Notes: generated from the sequence alone by a model not told the origin. Numbered from the stretch's first letter, positions 27,640 through 37,197 are shown. The stretch is DNA of 64,000 nucleotides from Methyloligellaceae bacterium (GCA_050633205.1 JBOEGA010000020.1:1387-65386); one strand, 5' to 3'. Numbers and translations are program-made.

Positions 27640-29013
27640 TCATGAAGGGCTGTCATCCTGTCTCATAATTCCAAGTCTGGCCATTTTACTGTTCAATGTG
27701 CGGCGTGGAACGTCAAGCTCCTCAATAACAAGAGATATCTTTCCACCATGCCTGCGGATTGAATTTTGTATGATCTGACGCTCAAAATGATGAAGCTGTT
27801 CTTCGAGACTGGCACTCTCTGACAGGGTTTGATTGGATTGGTCTATAGTGGTCATGGCAGCTGTTAGCCTGTCATTTTCAGGAAGGTCATTAAGAACCAT
27901 TCGCTCTGCCACATTTCTTAGCTCACGAACATTTCCAGGCCAGTTATGCGCCATAAGTCCGGCAAGCTCTGTACTGGTTAAAAATTGTGTGGGACGATCA
28001 TAGGTATCAGAGGCTATATCTGCAAAGCAGCGAAACAGTACCGGAATATCTTCTCTGCGTTCTCTAAGGGGAGGCAATCTCAATTCCACGGTATTAATGC
28101 GGTAGTAGAGATCCGCCCGGAGTCTGGACTGCTCAATAGCAATTTTAGGCTCTTCATTCGCAGCACTGATCAATCTGAAATTAGTTTTAACAGTTTTGCT
28201 GGCACCCAGCGGAAGGACTTCACTTTCCTGAAGTGCACGAAGCAGCTTGGCCTGCAGGCCGATAGGCATACTGACAATTTCATCCAGGAACAGTGTGCCG
28301 GATTCAGCCCGTACCATACTGCCCACATGATTTTGGTAAGCACCGGTAAAAGAACCGCGCTCATGTCCGAATAATTCACTTTCGGCGGTTGTTTCAGGTA
28401 TAGCAGCCCCATTAATAGCAACAAAAGGACCATTGGAAGACTGGCTGAGGTCATGCAGACATTTGGCTGCTACTTCTTTACCTGTCCCTGTCTCTCCCAG
28501 AAGCAATACATTTGCATTTGTTGGCGCAATGCTGGCTATCTGGTCTCTCAGCCTTTTAATCGGATCACTGACACCTATAAGTCTGCCGGCCAGCTTGTCA
28601 TAGGCGTCAATCTGGTGACGAAGAGACCTGTTCTCCAGAATAAGACGACGTTTCTCAATTCCACGCTTTACAGCTTCAATAAGTCTTTCCGGTTCAAAAG
28701 GCTTTTCAATAAAGTCATAAGCACCCAGTTGCATGGCTTTCACAGCCATATCAATATCCCCATGGCCGGTTATCAGGATAACAGGCAGGTCCGGATCAAT
28801 CTGCTTCACTCTGGAAAGTAGTTCTACTCCACTGATGCCTGGCATTTTGACATCCGTTACGATCATCCCGTCATGATCCTTTGGCAGAACATTCAGCATA
28901 TCCATGGCGTTAGAGAAGTCCTCAACAGCCATTCCCTCCAGTTCCAGTCCCTGGCGCATGGAAGCTCGTACCAGACCTTCATCATCGATTAGAAATATTT
29001 TCGGAGTTGTCAT
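27640..29013 (-). CDS. dctD: Sigma-54-dependent response regulator (DctD/NtrC family)
   Basis: It has a receiver domain (MIVTDVKMPG), an AAA+ domain (GETGTGKE, ESELFGHERGSFTGA) and a C-terminal HTH. Confidence 0.88.
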   Translation of the reverse strand: MTTPKIFLIDDEGLVRASMRQGLELEGMAVEDFSNAMDMLNVLPKDHDGMIVTDVKMPGISGVELLSRVKQIDPDLPVILITGHGDIDMAVKAMQLGAYDFIEKPFEPERLIEAVKRGIEKRRLILENRSLRHQIDAYDKLAGRLIGVSDPIKRLRDQIASIAPTNANVLLLGETGTGKEVAAKCLHDLSQSSNGPFVAINGAAIPETTAESELFGHERGSFTGAYQNHVGSMVRAESGTLFLDEIVSMPIGLQAKLLRALQESEVLPLGASKTVKTNFRLISAANEEPKIAIEQSRLRADLYYRINTVELRLPPLRERREDIPVLFRCFADIASDTYDRPTQFLTSTELAGLMAHNWPGNVRELRNVAERMVLNDLPENDRLTAAMTTIDQSNQTLSESASLEEQLHHFERQIIQNSIRRHGGKISLVIEELDVPRRTLNSKMARLGIMRQDDSPS

Positions 29014-29020
29014 GTCATAC

Positions 29021-30787
29021 CTATATCGCTACGGCTTGTTCGGCTTCCACTGATTTGGGAATAGGAAGTCTGATCTCAAAACAGGCTCCTCCCCCAACTA
29101 TATTCATTATACTAAGCTGACCATCAAAATGTTCTATAATTCTTTTGGAAATAGCCAGCCCCAGACCGATCCCCTTGCCCGCAGACTTTGTTGTGTAAAA
29201 GGGTTCAAATATATGAGAAATCTGAGCCTCTGGAATACCACTGCCAGTATCCGTCACAGAAATATAAATACAATCAGGTTCTGTCGAAGTGCTGATGGTC
29301 AGTAGTTTCGTGTCACTGTTTTGCATCGCATCGATTGCATTCTGCGACAGATTCACGATAACCTGCTCAAGACGGCCGGAATCTGCCTCTACAATTTGAG
29401 GTTCAGGACCTAATTCCAGAACCAGCTCACAGCCGCTTGCGTCCAGTTGGCGCTGGAACAGCTTGAGCCCTTCCTGAATTACCTTGCGAACATCAAACTG
29501 CTGAAGCTTGATCGGTTCTTTTCGGGCAAATGCTTTCAACTGCTCAGTAATACGCCTCATTCGGTCGGCAAGAGATTCCATTTCTCTTAAAATAGGCAAT
29601 ATTTCATCAACAGACTTCTGTCCCATCAACAACTTGCGAGCATTAAACATGGACATCTTCATGCCTGTAATGGGCTGGTTAATCTCGTGAGCCATTGCCG
29701 CCGCCATATGTCCAAGAGCAGAGACTTTTCCGGATTCAATCAGCTGTTCCTGAATGGCCTGCACTTCTTTTTCCGCCCTTTTTCTCTCGACAATTTCCAG
29801 CTCAAGCTTTCTGTTGGCAGCTTTTAACTCCTCAGCAGCTTTAATAATAGCGCTGTGTTTCTGGCGCTGTCGTCTCTGCCACCGCAGCAAAACCAGAAGT
29901 AAAACCAGAACTCCGCATATGGTTGCTATCAGAGTTGATACCCATATACGCTCGGTTACCATATCTTCAGGTGATAGATAATAGATCTTCCACCCAAAGT
30001 TATTAAGTGCCTTAAAGTGAAAATAGTATTTTTTTTCTCCGATAATCAGGGCATTGGTACCATTTTCGTTTAATTCCGTAGAAGTCAGCGGTAATAGCTT
30101 CTGGCCCTTGTAGCGCCTGCGTTTATGCGCTTCTTCCAGTGAATCTTTTGGTAGCTGGGTAAGAGTTCGGTATATCCAGTTTTTATTACTGGCCATAACC
30201 GCAACGCCATATTCGTCAGCAACGATTACAGATTCAGTCCCCTTAAGCCATTGATCCTGCAAAGGTGTCAGGTCTGCTTTCGTCGCCGCCACACCAATAA
30301 TCTTGTCATTCATGTAAATTGGAGCAGACAGAAAATATTCCGGTTTTCCGGCAGTATATTCAATAGAGAAATATCGCCCCTTAAAACCAAATATAGCATC
30401 AAGGAAGTAAGGCCGTGTACTGAATTTCTTTCCGATTATCGTATTAGGTTTATTCCAGTCATCTGCTGCAATCGTTTCTCCATCTTTATCGAGAATATAA
30501 ATTGATGCTGTCAGGGATTCTTCCTGCAGTTCTTTCAGAAACGAATTTGCCAGAAATCTCTGAATAGTGACTTCCTGCAGACTTTTCTTTTTATTTTTAT
30601 AGTCAGCCCAGGTAGAGAGCAGTTTTATAATACGCCCCTCATGAGCGACCACATAGGGAATAACACGGTGATTGGCCAGAGCACCTGAGAAGATGCCACC
30701 ATAAAGCTCAACACGCTGCTGCGCAGTCTGCTGCATCGTATTATAGCTCCATAGCCATGCCCAGTAGGCCATGGCTATCGACAGCAA
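29021..30787 (-). CDS. dctB: Sensor histidine kinase, DctB-like (periplasmic Cache/PAS-like sensor, HisKA, HATPase_c)
   Basis: The H-box is HMAAAMAHEINQP and the ATPase motifs are NLSQNAIDA and DTGSGI..GLGLAIS. The first TM helix extends upstream of the TTG 30787 chosen by the track (see findings). Confidence 0.82.
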   Translation of the reverse strand: MLSIAMAYWAWLWSYNTMQQTAQQRVELYGGIFSGALANHRVIPYVVAHEGRIIKLLSTWADYKNKKKSLQEVTIQRFLANSFLKELQEESLTASIYILDKDGETIAADDWNKPNTIIGKKFSTRPYFLDAIFGFKGRYFSIEYTAGKPEYFLSAPIYMNDKIIGVAATKADLTPLQDQWLKGTESVIVADEYGVAVMASNKNWIYRTLTQLPKDSLEEAHKRRRYKGQKLLPLTSTELNENGTNALIIGEKKYYFHFKALNNFGWKIYYLSPEDMVTERIWVSTLIATICGVLVLLLVLLRWQRRQRQKHSAIIKAAEELKAANRKLELEIVERKRAEKEVQAIQEQLIESGKVSALGHMAAAMAHEINQPITGMKMSMFNARKLLMGQKSVDEILPILREMESLADRMRRITEQLKAFARKEPIKLQQFDVRKVIQEGLKLFQRQLDASGCELVLELGPEPQIVEADSGRLEQVIVNLSQNAIDAMQNSDTKLLTISTSTEPDCIYISVTDTGSGIPEAQISHIFEPFYTTKSAGKGIGLGLAISKRIIEHFDGQLSIMNIVGGGACFEIRLPIPKSVEAEQAVAI

Positions 30788-31265
30788 AACTGTAAAGGCA
30801 AGGCATGTTAAAATCAGTTTGCGGGTGCCAAATTTTGAGTCGTCGGTGCTGATAGTCTTAACCCTGTTTTGTTTACGCGTTAAATTATTAGCTTCAGTAT
30901 CTGCATTCGCCGGGATATTAAAATAAAGAAGATCAGTGATCGCGGATCAGGAGAAATTGTTTCCCGGTCGCAAAAAAGACTTGCAGGAGAAAACTGCTTC
31001 TTAAACCTGAGGATAATCCGCAGGATATGCCATAATTCCGATACTACTTTAATAACCCGGCCAAATTCGTTTTTTGATATTTCATTATTGCTCTAAGTTT
31101 ATAACAAAAAAAGACTTTTCGTCTACAATTACCGAACTTCAAATCTTGGAAGGATGTACTGGAAAGAATATATCTGGAATAGATAACACCCGATAATGAA
31201 GAACAATGAATAACGGGTTATGGTAACTTCAGGATAGCCTTGAAAACTACATGGTTGATATTATT

Positions 31266-31307
31266 GTCAGAAATTTATTCATTGGGGGGCTGAACTGAAT
31301 TTCTGAC
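31266..31307 (-). other. Hairpin (10-bp arms GTCAGAAATT/AATTTCTGAC, 22-nt loop) downstream of msrB
   Basis: Read directly from the sequence. It is a possible terminator, but no T-tract follows. Confidence 0.3.
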
Positions 31308-31352
31308 AAATATCACTATCTTCTGGCAACTTTATTTGGCTTGTAAAAAAAA

Positions 31353-31892
31353 TTATGCTTTTGGTTCAAAAACCATAGCAAGGCCATTGATACAATGCCT
31401 TTTGCCCAGAGGTTTAGGCCCATCTTCGAAAATATGACCAAGGTGGCCACCACAGCGACGACAATGTGCTTCAGTGCGTGTTATAAACAGAGTATTGTCT
31501 TCTTTGGTGCCAAGGGCATTTTCAATTGCCTGGGTAAAGCTCGGCCATCCTGTTTTGCTATCATATTTATGCTCGGATTTGTAAAGTGGCAGCTTGCAAC
31601 CCGCACAGGCATAAATTCCTTCACGTTTTTCTTTCAGAAGAGGGCTTGTTCCGGCGCGTTCCGTTGCATGTTTGCGTAACACTGCGAACTGGTCAGGGGA
31701 CAGAATAGATTTCCATTCATCTTCAGTCTTGGTGATCTCAAAGACTTTGCCTGATTTGCTGCCCAGTGCAGCCCCGGAAAAAGAAAGTGTTCCGGATACA
31801 GCAGATGCTCCAAGTACCGCAGAGGTAGCAAAAATCAGATTTCTCCGGTTTATCATAATATGTCCTTTGAATATAAGTGTTTGTAAACTCAC
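31353..31892 (-). CDS. msrB: Exported peptide-methionine (R)-S-oxide reductase MsrB
   Basis: Motifs are CAGCKLPLYKSEHKYDSKTGWPSF...EAHCRRCGGHLGHIFEDGP. The likely start is ATG 31856 (MINRRNLIFATSAVLGASA), which gives a twin-arginine-like signal. Confidence 0.9.
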   Translation of the reverse strand: MSLQTLIFKGHIMINRRNLIFATSAVLGASAVSGTLSFSGAALGSKSGKVFEITKTEDEWKSILSPDQFAVLRKHATERAGTSPLLKEKREGIYACAGCKLPLYKSEHKYDSKTGWPSFTQAIENALGTKEDNTLFITRTEAHCRRCGGHLGHIFEDGPKPLGKRHCINGLAMVFEPKA

Positions 31893-31941
31893 CTCACGAT
31901 ATGAGGATCGTGAGGTGATAAGGGAGAAATATCAACAGAGC

Positions 31942-32535
31942 TTATTTAGGCAATAGCACTGTATCAACTACGTGGATCACACCGTTAGACTGTTTAACGT
32001 CAGCGATCGTAACTTTGGAAATGCCACCTTGCTCATCTGTAAGAAAGATGCTGTCGCCTCTCAGAGATACAGTAAGAGTATCACCGGAAACTGTTTTTAC
32101 CGGGTGTCTTCCGCCATCATCAGCAACCATTTGCTTGATTGCATCACTCAATGCATTAGCGCCTACAACATGGTATGTAAGGATTTTTACAAGCTTGGCT
32201 TTGTTTTCAGGCTTCAAAAGAGCTTCAACTGTACCTTTTGGAAGTTTGGCAAAAGCATCGTTAGTTGGAGCGAAAACCATGAAAGGACCTTTACCCTGCA
32301 AAGTCTTTACAAGGCCGGCTGCTTTAACAGCTGCAACCAAAGTAGTATGGTCTTTTGAGTTCACAGCGTTTTCAATGATGTTTTTTGATGGGAACATCGG
32401 TGCTCCACCAACTGTTACTGTTTTCTCAGCTGCGCTTGCAGTTGTAGCAGCTGTGAAGCTAAGTGAAGTACCTGCAAGACCAATTGCCAGTGCAGCGATT
32501 GCTAGTGTGCGAATTTTCATTAGTGAAATCTCCAT
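31942..32535 (-). CDS. Secreted fasciclin (FAS1) domain protein
   Basis: Motifs are TLVAAVKAAGLVKTLQGKGPFMVFAPTNDAFAKLP...ILTYHVV...NGVIHVVDTVLLP. The likely start is ATG 32520 (MKIRTLAIAALA), preceded by GGAG. Confidence 0.9.
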   Translation of the reverse strand: MEISLMKIRTLAIAALAIGLAGTSLSFTAATTASAAEKTVTVGGAPMFPSKNIIENAVNSKDHTTLVAAVKAAGLVKTLQGKGPFMVFAPTNDAFAKLPKGTVEALLKPENKAKLVKILTYHVVGANALSDAIKQMVADDGGRHPVKTVSGDTLTVSLRGDSIFLTDEQGGISKVTIADVKQSNGVIHVVDTVLLPK

Positions 32536-32729
32536 CGTTGTGTTTTTTTACCCGGGGTAGTTGCCGGGCTTGATGGGAGTTACGCAGCGTTCGCAAAAAG
32601 GTTTCAAAAAAATCTGTTATTAAGCATATGTATTTGTTACTAGTGCATATTGCTCTGGTAGAAAGGGCTGGGGTTTTACCCCTGATCTTATTATAGTTGT
32701 CCTACATTTAGGTGGTAGAGAATTAATAA

Positions 32730-33290
32730 ATGGAAAATGTTCCGGCCAATGTGGATCTGAGTTTTCTCGTTATACGTGTAGGGAAAGGGGACAGATCCGC
32801 CTTTGCAAATCTGTATGACCGCACAAGCGCGAAACTTTTCGGCGTAATCTGTCGTATCTTGAAAAAGCGTGAACTGGCGGAGGAAGCTTTGCAGGATACT
32901 TATGTCAAAATATGGGAGCAGGCGGGTCGTTTTGATCCCTCTTTGGCATCACCAATAACCTGGATGGCTACCATAGCCCGCAACCGCGCTATAGATATAG
33001 GACGCCAAAGGCAGGAAAAAATATCAGCAACTGCCGAGGAAATAGATGAAGATCTGCCTTCTGGAGTTGCCGATCCTTTGTCGTCCGCCCTGCAGAATGA
33101 TGAAATGCGTAGATTAACAGGTTGTTTAGGAGAATTAACCGAAGATAAACGCGATATGATTGTACTGGCCTATTATGAAGGCTGGAGCAGGGAGGAATTG
33201 GGTAGCAAATTCGAGAAGCCGGTGAATACAATAAAAACAATACTTAGACGGAGCCTGGCGTTGTTAAAGGAGTGTCTCAATGGCCGTTGA
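32730..33290 (+). CDS. sigK: ECF-type RNA polymerase sigma factor (SigK-like, paired with RskA)
   Basis: Sigma-2 region: AEEALQDTYVKIWE. Sigma-4 region: LAYYEGWSREELGSKFEKPVNTIKTILRR. It overlaps the downstream rskA-like gene by 11 nt. Confidence 0.8.
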   Translation: MENVPANVDLSFLVIRVGKGDRSAFANLYDRTSAKLFGVICRILKKRELAEEALQDTYVKIWEQAGRFDPSLASPITWMATIARNRAIDIGRQRQEKISATAEEIDEDLPSGVADPLSSALQNDEMRRLTGCLGELTEDKRDMIVLAYYEGWSREELGSKFEKPVNTIKTILRRSLALLKECLNGR

Positions 33291-34014
33291 CACAGAAAAT
33301 GATCGCGAAGGTCTCGCCGCTGAGTATGCGTTGGGGACGCTGAACCCCGCTGAAAAAAGAGAAGCAGAGCGTCTGATAGAAGCGGATACTTCTTTTGCAC
33401 AGTTGGCATGGCGCTGGCAGCACCAGTTATCACCGATGCTGGATGCAATTCCTCCAATAGCACCGCCTCCAGGGGCATTTGAAGAAATTATGCGGGAAAT
33501 CGGAGACAGGCCGCAACCGCAGACTTATGATTTCAGTAATGTTGATACATTGTCACGGACTGTTCGCTTCTGGAAACGCACAGCAATTGCTGCAAGTTTC
33601 ATAGTTGTTGCCCTTGCATCCACTATTGTTGGGCGCGAGTTAACAAGACCGGCAGAAACTGGCGGCAGCTTCGTTGCTGTCCTTGAAGGTGGTAACAGAA
33701 CCCCTGCATTCGTTGCTTCAGTTGATCTTAAGAAGAAAGTTGTGCACGTCGTACAGCTTGCAAACGCACCTGAGCAAAACCACAGTTACGAACTTTGGGC
33801 TGTAGGCGGAAACCGTGCAGCACCGGAATCTCTGGGTGTTGTTGATGATGGGCAGAATATTGCAGCAACGCGACTGGGAGATTTACAACCCGCAGTGCTG
33901 ACCAATACAACATTCGCTATCAGCCTGGAGCCTAAAGGTGGCTCGCCAAACGGCAAGCCAACTACGGTATTGTTTACAGGAAAGCTTGTTCCTCTTAGAA
34001 AAGACGACAAGTAG
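33280..34014 (+). CDS. rskA: Anti-sigma-K factor RskA family protein
   Basis: The N-terminal anti-sigma segment is LAAEYALGTL, followed by a single TM helix. The C-terminal RskA domain has YELWAVGG...PESLGVV and FAISLEPKGGSPNGKPTTVLFTGKL. Confidence 0.85.
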   Translation: MAVDTENDREGLAAEYALGTLNPAEKREAERLIEADTSFAQLAWRWQHQLSPMLDAIPPIAPPPGAFEEIMREIGDRPQPQTYDFSNVDTLSRTVRFWKRTAIAASFIVVALASTIVGRELTRPAETGGSFVAVLEGGNRTPAFVASVDLKKKVVHVVQLANAPEQNHSYELWAVGGNRAAPESLGVVDDGQNIAATRLGDLQPAVLTNTTFAISLEPKGGSPNGKPTTVLFTGKLVPLRKDDK

Positions 34015-34053
34015 AAAAAAAACAGAGGAAGGTTAAAAACTTTAATCTTCCTC
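34012..34053 (-). terminator. 13-bp hairpin (34025-34053) with a T-run on the minus strand, between convergent genes
   Basis: GAGGAAGGTTAAA-AAC-TTTAATCTTCCTC is preceded by A8 on the + strand, which is a T-run after the hairpin on the minus strand. It overlaps the last codons of the 34042..34770 gene. Confidence 0.55.
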
Positions 34054-34770
34054 AAGCAGCCTGGCAGCAACCGGGTGCACATCATTGGTTCCGAGAATCC
34101 AGACATAAAGTTTGCCAGCAGCAAACATCGGATCAAACTCTCTTCCCAGTATATTATTACCAGCTCCGCAATCTGCCAGTGTCGGCATAATCAGACGGGC
34201 ATTACTGGATATAAAGCATCTCTGTCCCATCATCCTGTCACCATTCTTCTGCCTCGCAATCGGGTTCATAAAACCCGCAATTTCGTTAGCAATAGGTGCT
34301 CTGGTGGGTTTATGTCTGAAGGTAATACCGTTCAGGGAGAAATGATCAGCCACTGTTGAACCAAGCTCACCAAAAAAGTCTGGTGCTTTTTCTGACATCA
34401 CCCAGTAGCAGCAATAATATTTTTGCAGCTCGGAGATGCGTTGCAGGTTTTCATCATCCAGCTTCTGATCTGCCTTAAACCCTTTTGCAGCCCCGCCAAG
34501 AATAATAATGCGTTTGGCGTCATAATGTTGTGCCAGATCATGAATACGAATGAGTGTGGCACGTGTTTCGTGGGTATAAATAGAAATAGATGGATAGGAA
34601 ATTTGCTCATCACTTTTAAGATGAGGGTCTGAAACTATTAATGTCTGTTCGGCAGGCCAGTATAGAGCGCCTGCAGTATCAGCAATAAAGGACTTTCCAC
34701 ACAGCAATATACGCGTGTTTGAGTTCTGCCATGAATTTGTTTTATCGAATTGCAAACCGTTTAAACTCAT
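34042..34770 (-). CDS. PdeM-like (ligase-associated DNA-damage-response metallophosphoesterase family) protein with degenerate active-site motifs
   Basis: ALYWPAEQTLIVSDPHLK, ITFRHKP, QRCFISSNARLIMPTLADCGAG and VWILGTNDVHPV are collinear with the PdeM pattern I recall. The GD, GNHD and GHxHP positions read GG, SEKA and GFMNP. Confidence 0.5.
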   Translation of the reverse strand: MSLNGLQFDKTNSWQNSNTRILLCGKSFIADTAGALYWPAEQTLIVSDPHLKSDEQISYPSISIYTHETRATLIRIHDLAQHYDAKRIIILGGAAKGFKADQKLDDENLQRISELQKYYCCYWVMSEKAPDFFGELGSTVADHFSLNGITFRHKPTRAPIANEIAGFMNPIARQKNGDRMMGQRCFISSNARLIMPTLADCGAGNNILGREFDPMFAAGKLYVWILGTNDVHPVAARLLEED

Positions 34771-34987
34771 ATTCCCACCTCCATCGAAGATGATCTTGAG
34801 CCTTCATTTGTTAAAATGTGGTAAATATCAAGTTATGAAAAAAAGTAAAGATTTATCTGTAAATCACTGATCTATTACAGTGTTTATGGTTAAGTACAAC
34901 TAATTGCTATAGCCTTGCTGAGTGATATTGATACATTTTGATTTGTTTATTTCTGGTATCGCACATGAATAATGAGGTTTACTGACA

Positions 34988-35872
34988 ATGAAAAACGATA
35001 AAAATCTGAATATTCTTCTCTACGCAGCAGTTGGAGATGCATGGGGAGCGTGCTTTGAATATGCACCGAAAACAATAATTGAACAGAAAAACGGAACATG
35101 GGAATATTTCTCCCACCATAAGCACGATATTGGCAATGGCAGATATACAGATGACCTGCAAATGCACCTGGCTGTTGCAGAAGCACTGGTCTCAGATAAA
35201 AGCCTGACCGCCGACAGATTTACTGAACTGTTCGTACATGCGTTTAAAAGAGACCCCAGAGAAGGGTATGCAGGCAGGTTTTACGAGTTTCTCCAGGCGG
35301 TAGAAAATGCAGAGGACTTTACCAGCAGGATCATCAATAACAGTGAGAAAAGTGGAGGTGCCATGCGTGCCCCATGTATCGGCATTTTGTCAGATCATGA
35401 AGACGTCATGAGAATATCAGGAACTCAGGCAGGTGTAACCCATAACACGGTCGCGGGAATAGCAGCAGCACAGGCTGCATCACTGATGTTACATTTCCTG
35501 CTGTATGATAAAGCAGACAGATCTCAACTCCCGGAAATGCTGAACTCCCATATACCGGTAGTGAACTGGTCAGATTATCCGGAAAAGAAAATTGGGCATC
35601 TGGGCATTGATAGTGTGAAGGCAGCTTTGAGAGCCATCGTTACCGAAAACTCTCTGACTGATATATTAACTGCTATAATACGGTGCGGAGGTGATACTGA
35701 TACCGCTGCAACCATAGCAATGGCCGTTGGAAGCTGCGCCAAAGATATTGACCAGACCATACCGGATACATTACTGGATGATATGGAAGATGGAGCATAC
35801 GGGAGAACATATATCATGGAAATGGATAGGAAACTGACAGAATTTGCTCGTAAACAGGGTGCTCCTGTTTGA
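34988..35872 (+). CDS. ADP-ribosylglycohydrolase family protein
   Basis: Motifs are LLYAAVGDAWGACFEY, GRYTDDLQM and GGDTDTAATIAMAVGS. Confidence 0.85.
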   Translation: MKNDKNLNILLYAAVGDAWGACFEYAPKTIIEQKNGTWEYFSHHKHDIGNGRYTDDLQMHLAVAEALVSDKSLTADRFTELFVHAFKRDPREGYAGRFYEFLQAVENAEDFTSRIINNSEKSGGAMRAPCIGILSDHEDVMRISGTQAGVTHNTVAGIAAAQAASLMLHFLLYDKADRSQLPEMLNSHIPVVNWSDYPEKKIGHLGIDSVKAALRAIVTENSLTDILTAIIRCGGDTDTAATIAMAVGSCAKDIDQTIPDTLLDDMEDGAYGRTYIMEMDRKLTEFARKQGAPV

Positions 35873-37197
35873 CGATATCATCCATAACAAACAAAAATAT
35901 TCTTTTTGTTGCAGTCCCCATCATGTTCTCCAATATCACAACACCATTGATTGGTGTTGTTGATATGGCCGTCGTGGGCCAGTCTGCCGACCCTCATTTA
36001 ATTGGTGCCGTCGCAATCGGCGCCCAGATCTTTACAATGATATTCTGGGCATTTGGTTTCCTTCGCATGGGAACAACAGGCTTTACAGCCCAGGCCGATG
36101 GTAAAGGGGATAAGATTGAAGTTTTCGCAATATTAATGCGGGCCCTGATCATTGCGGCAAGTGCCGGACTTCTCATATGGGTATTACAATGGCCGCTGTC
36201 GCAAATATCTTTCTATCTGATACCCGGTTCTGATCTGGTCGAAAATGCTGCAAAGACCTATTTCGATATCCGCGTCTGGAGTGCACCTGCAACCCTTGCA
36301 AATTATGCCATACTGGGTTGGTTTATCGGTCTGGGCAGAGCAGATATCGCTCTGGCTCTGCAACTGTTATTAAATGGTCTGAATATCGCCTTTGATGCCT
36401 GGTTTGTGCTGGGCTTTGACTGGGGGGTAACCGGTGTAGCCTACGGCACATTGCTTTCAGAAGTAATTGCAGTTGCCGCCGGACTGCTGGTTAGCTATCT
36501 GATAATAAGTCAGAAAAACCTGTCCGGCCTATGGGAGAGAGTCGTCAGCATAAAAGAAATGACACGAATGCTTGTTCTCAATAGCGACATCATGATCCGC
36601 ACACTTTGTCTGCTGCTGGCCTTTGTCTTTTTAACCGCACAAAGTGCAGGCGTTGATGATAATACACTGGCTGCCAATTCCGTTTTATTAGGTCTGTTGA
36701 GTATTTCAGCATATTTTCTTGATGGCTTTGCCTATGCTGCTGAGCGCTTTGTTGGCCATTCAATAGGGGCGGGAAATAGAAAACAGTTTCGTCAGGCCAT
36801 CATACTGTCAAGCCAGTGGGCTGTATTTATTTCTGTTCTGGTCTCTTTAACATTTGCTATCTTTGGCAAGCAGATAATAGCTGCAATTACCCCTGCCCAG
36901 AATGTCAGGGACATAGCAGAAACCTATCTGATATGGGCTGCAATGGCTCCGGTAGTCGGAGTCGCCTGCTTTCAACTGGATGGTATATTTATCGGTGCAA
37001 CCCGGACCAAAGATATGCGGAATATGATGCTCCTCAGCCTGGGCATCTATTTTATAAGCTGGTATTTACTGGAACCAGTCTATGGCAATCATGGTCTCTG
37101 GGCAGCATTTATGCTTTTCTTTGTGGCAAGAGCCGTAACTTTGGCCTGGCGCTTGCCAGCGTTAGAGACAAGTTTAAGGTTTCGAACTGATAGCTAG
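35869..37197 (+). CDS. MATE family efflux transporter (DinF-like)
   Basis: It is a 12-TM profile protein with AVPIMFSNITTPLIGVVDMAVVGQ. TTG 35869 overlaps the upstream TGA. Confidence 0.85.
   Translation: MTISSITNKNILFVAVPIMFSNITTPLIGVVDMAVVGQSADPHLIGAVAIGAQIFTMIFWAFGFLRMGTTGFTAQADGKGDKIEVFAILMRALIIAASAGLLIWVLQWPLSQISFYLIPGSDLVENAAKTYFDIRVWSAPATLANYAILGWFIGLGRADIALALQLLLNGLNIAFDAWFVLGFDWGVTGVAYGTLLSEVIAVAAGLLVSYLIISQKNLSGLWERVVSIKEMTRMLVLNSDIMIRTLCLLLAFVFLTAQSAGVDDNTLAANSVLLGLLSISAYFLDGFAYAAERFVGHSIGAGNRKQFRQAIILSSQWAVFISVLVSLTFAIFGKQIIAAITPAQNVRDIAETYLIWAAMAPVVGVACFQLDGIFIGATRTKDMRNMMLLSLGIYFISWYLLEPVYGNHGLWAAFMLFFVARAVTLAWRLPALETSLRFRTDS

Noticed and set aside
32015-32560. 181-aa plus-strand ORF opposite the fasciclin gene
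   Set aside because: The minus frame encodes a textbook FAS1 domain with a signal peptide and an RBS. The plus frame is an Ala/Ser-rich shadow.
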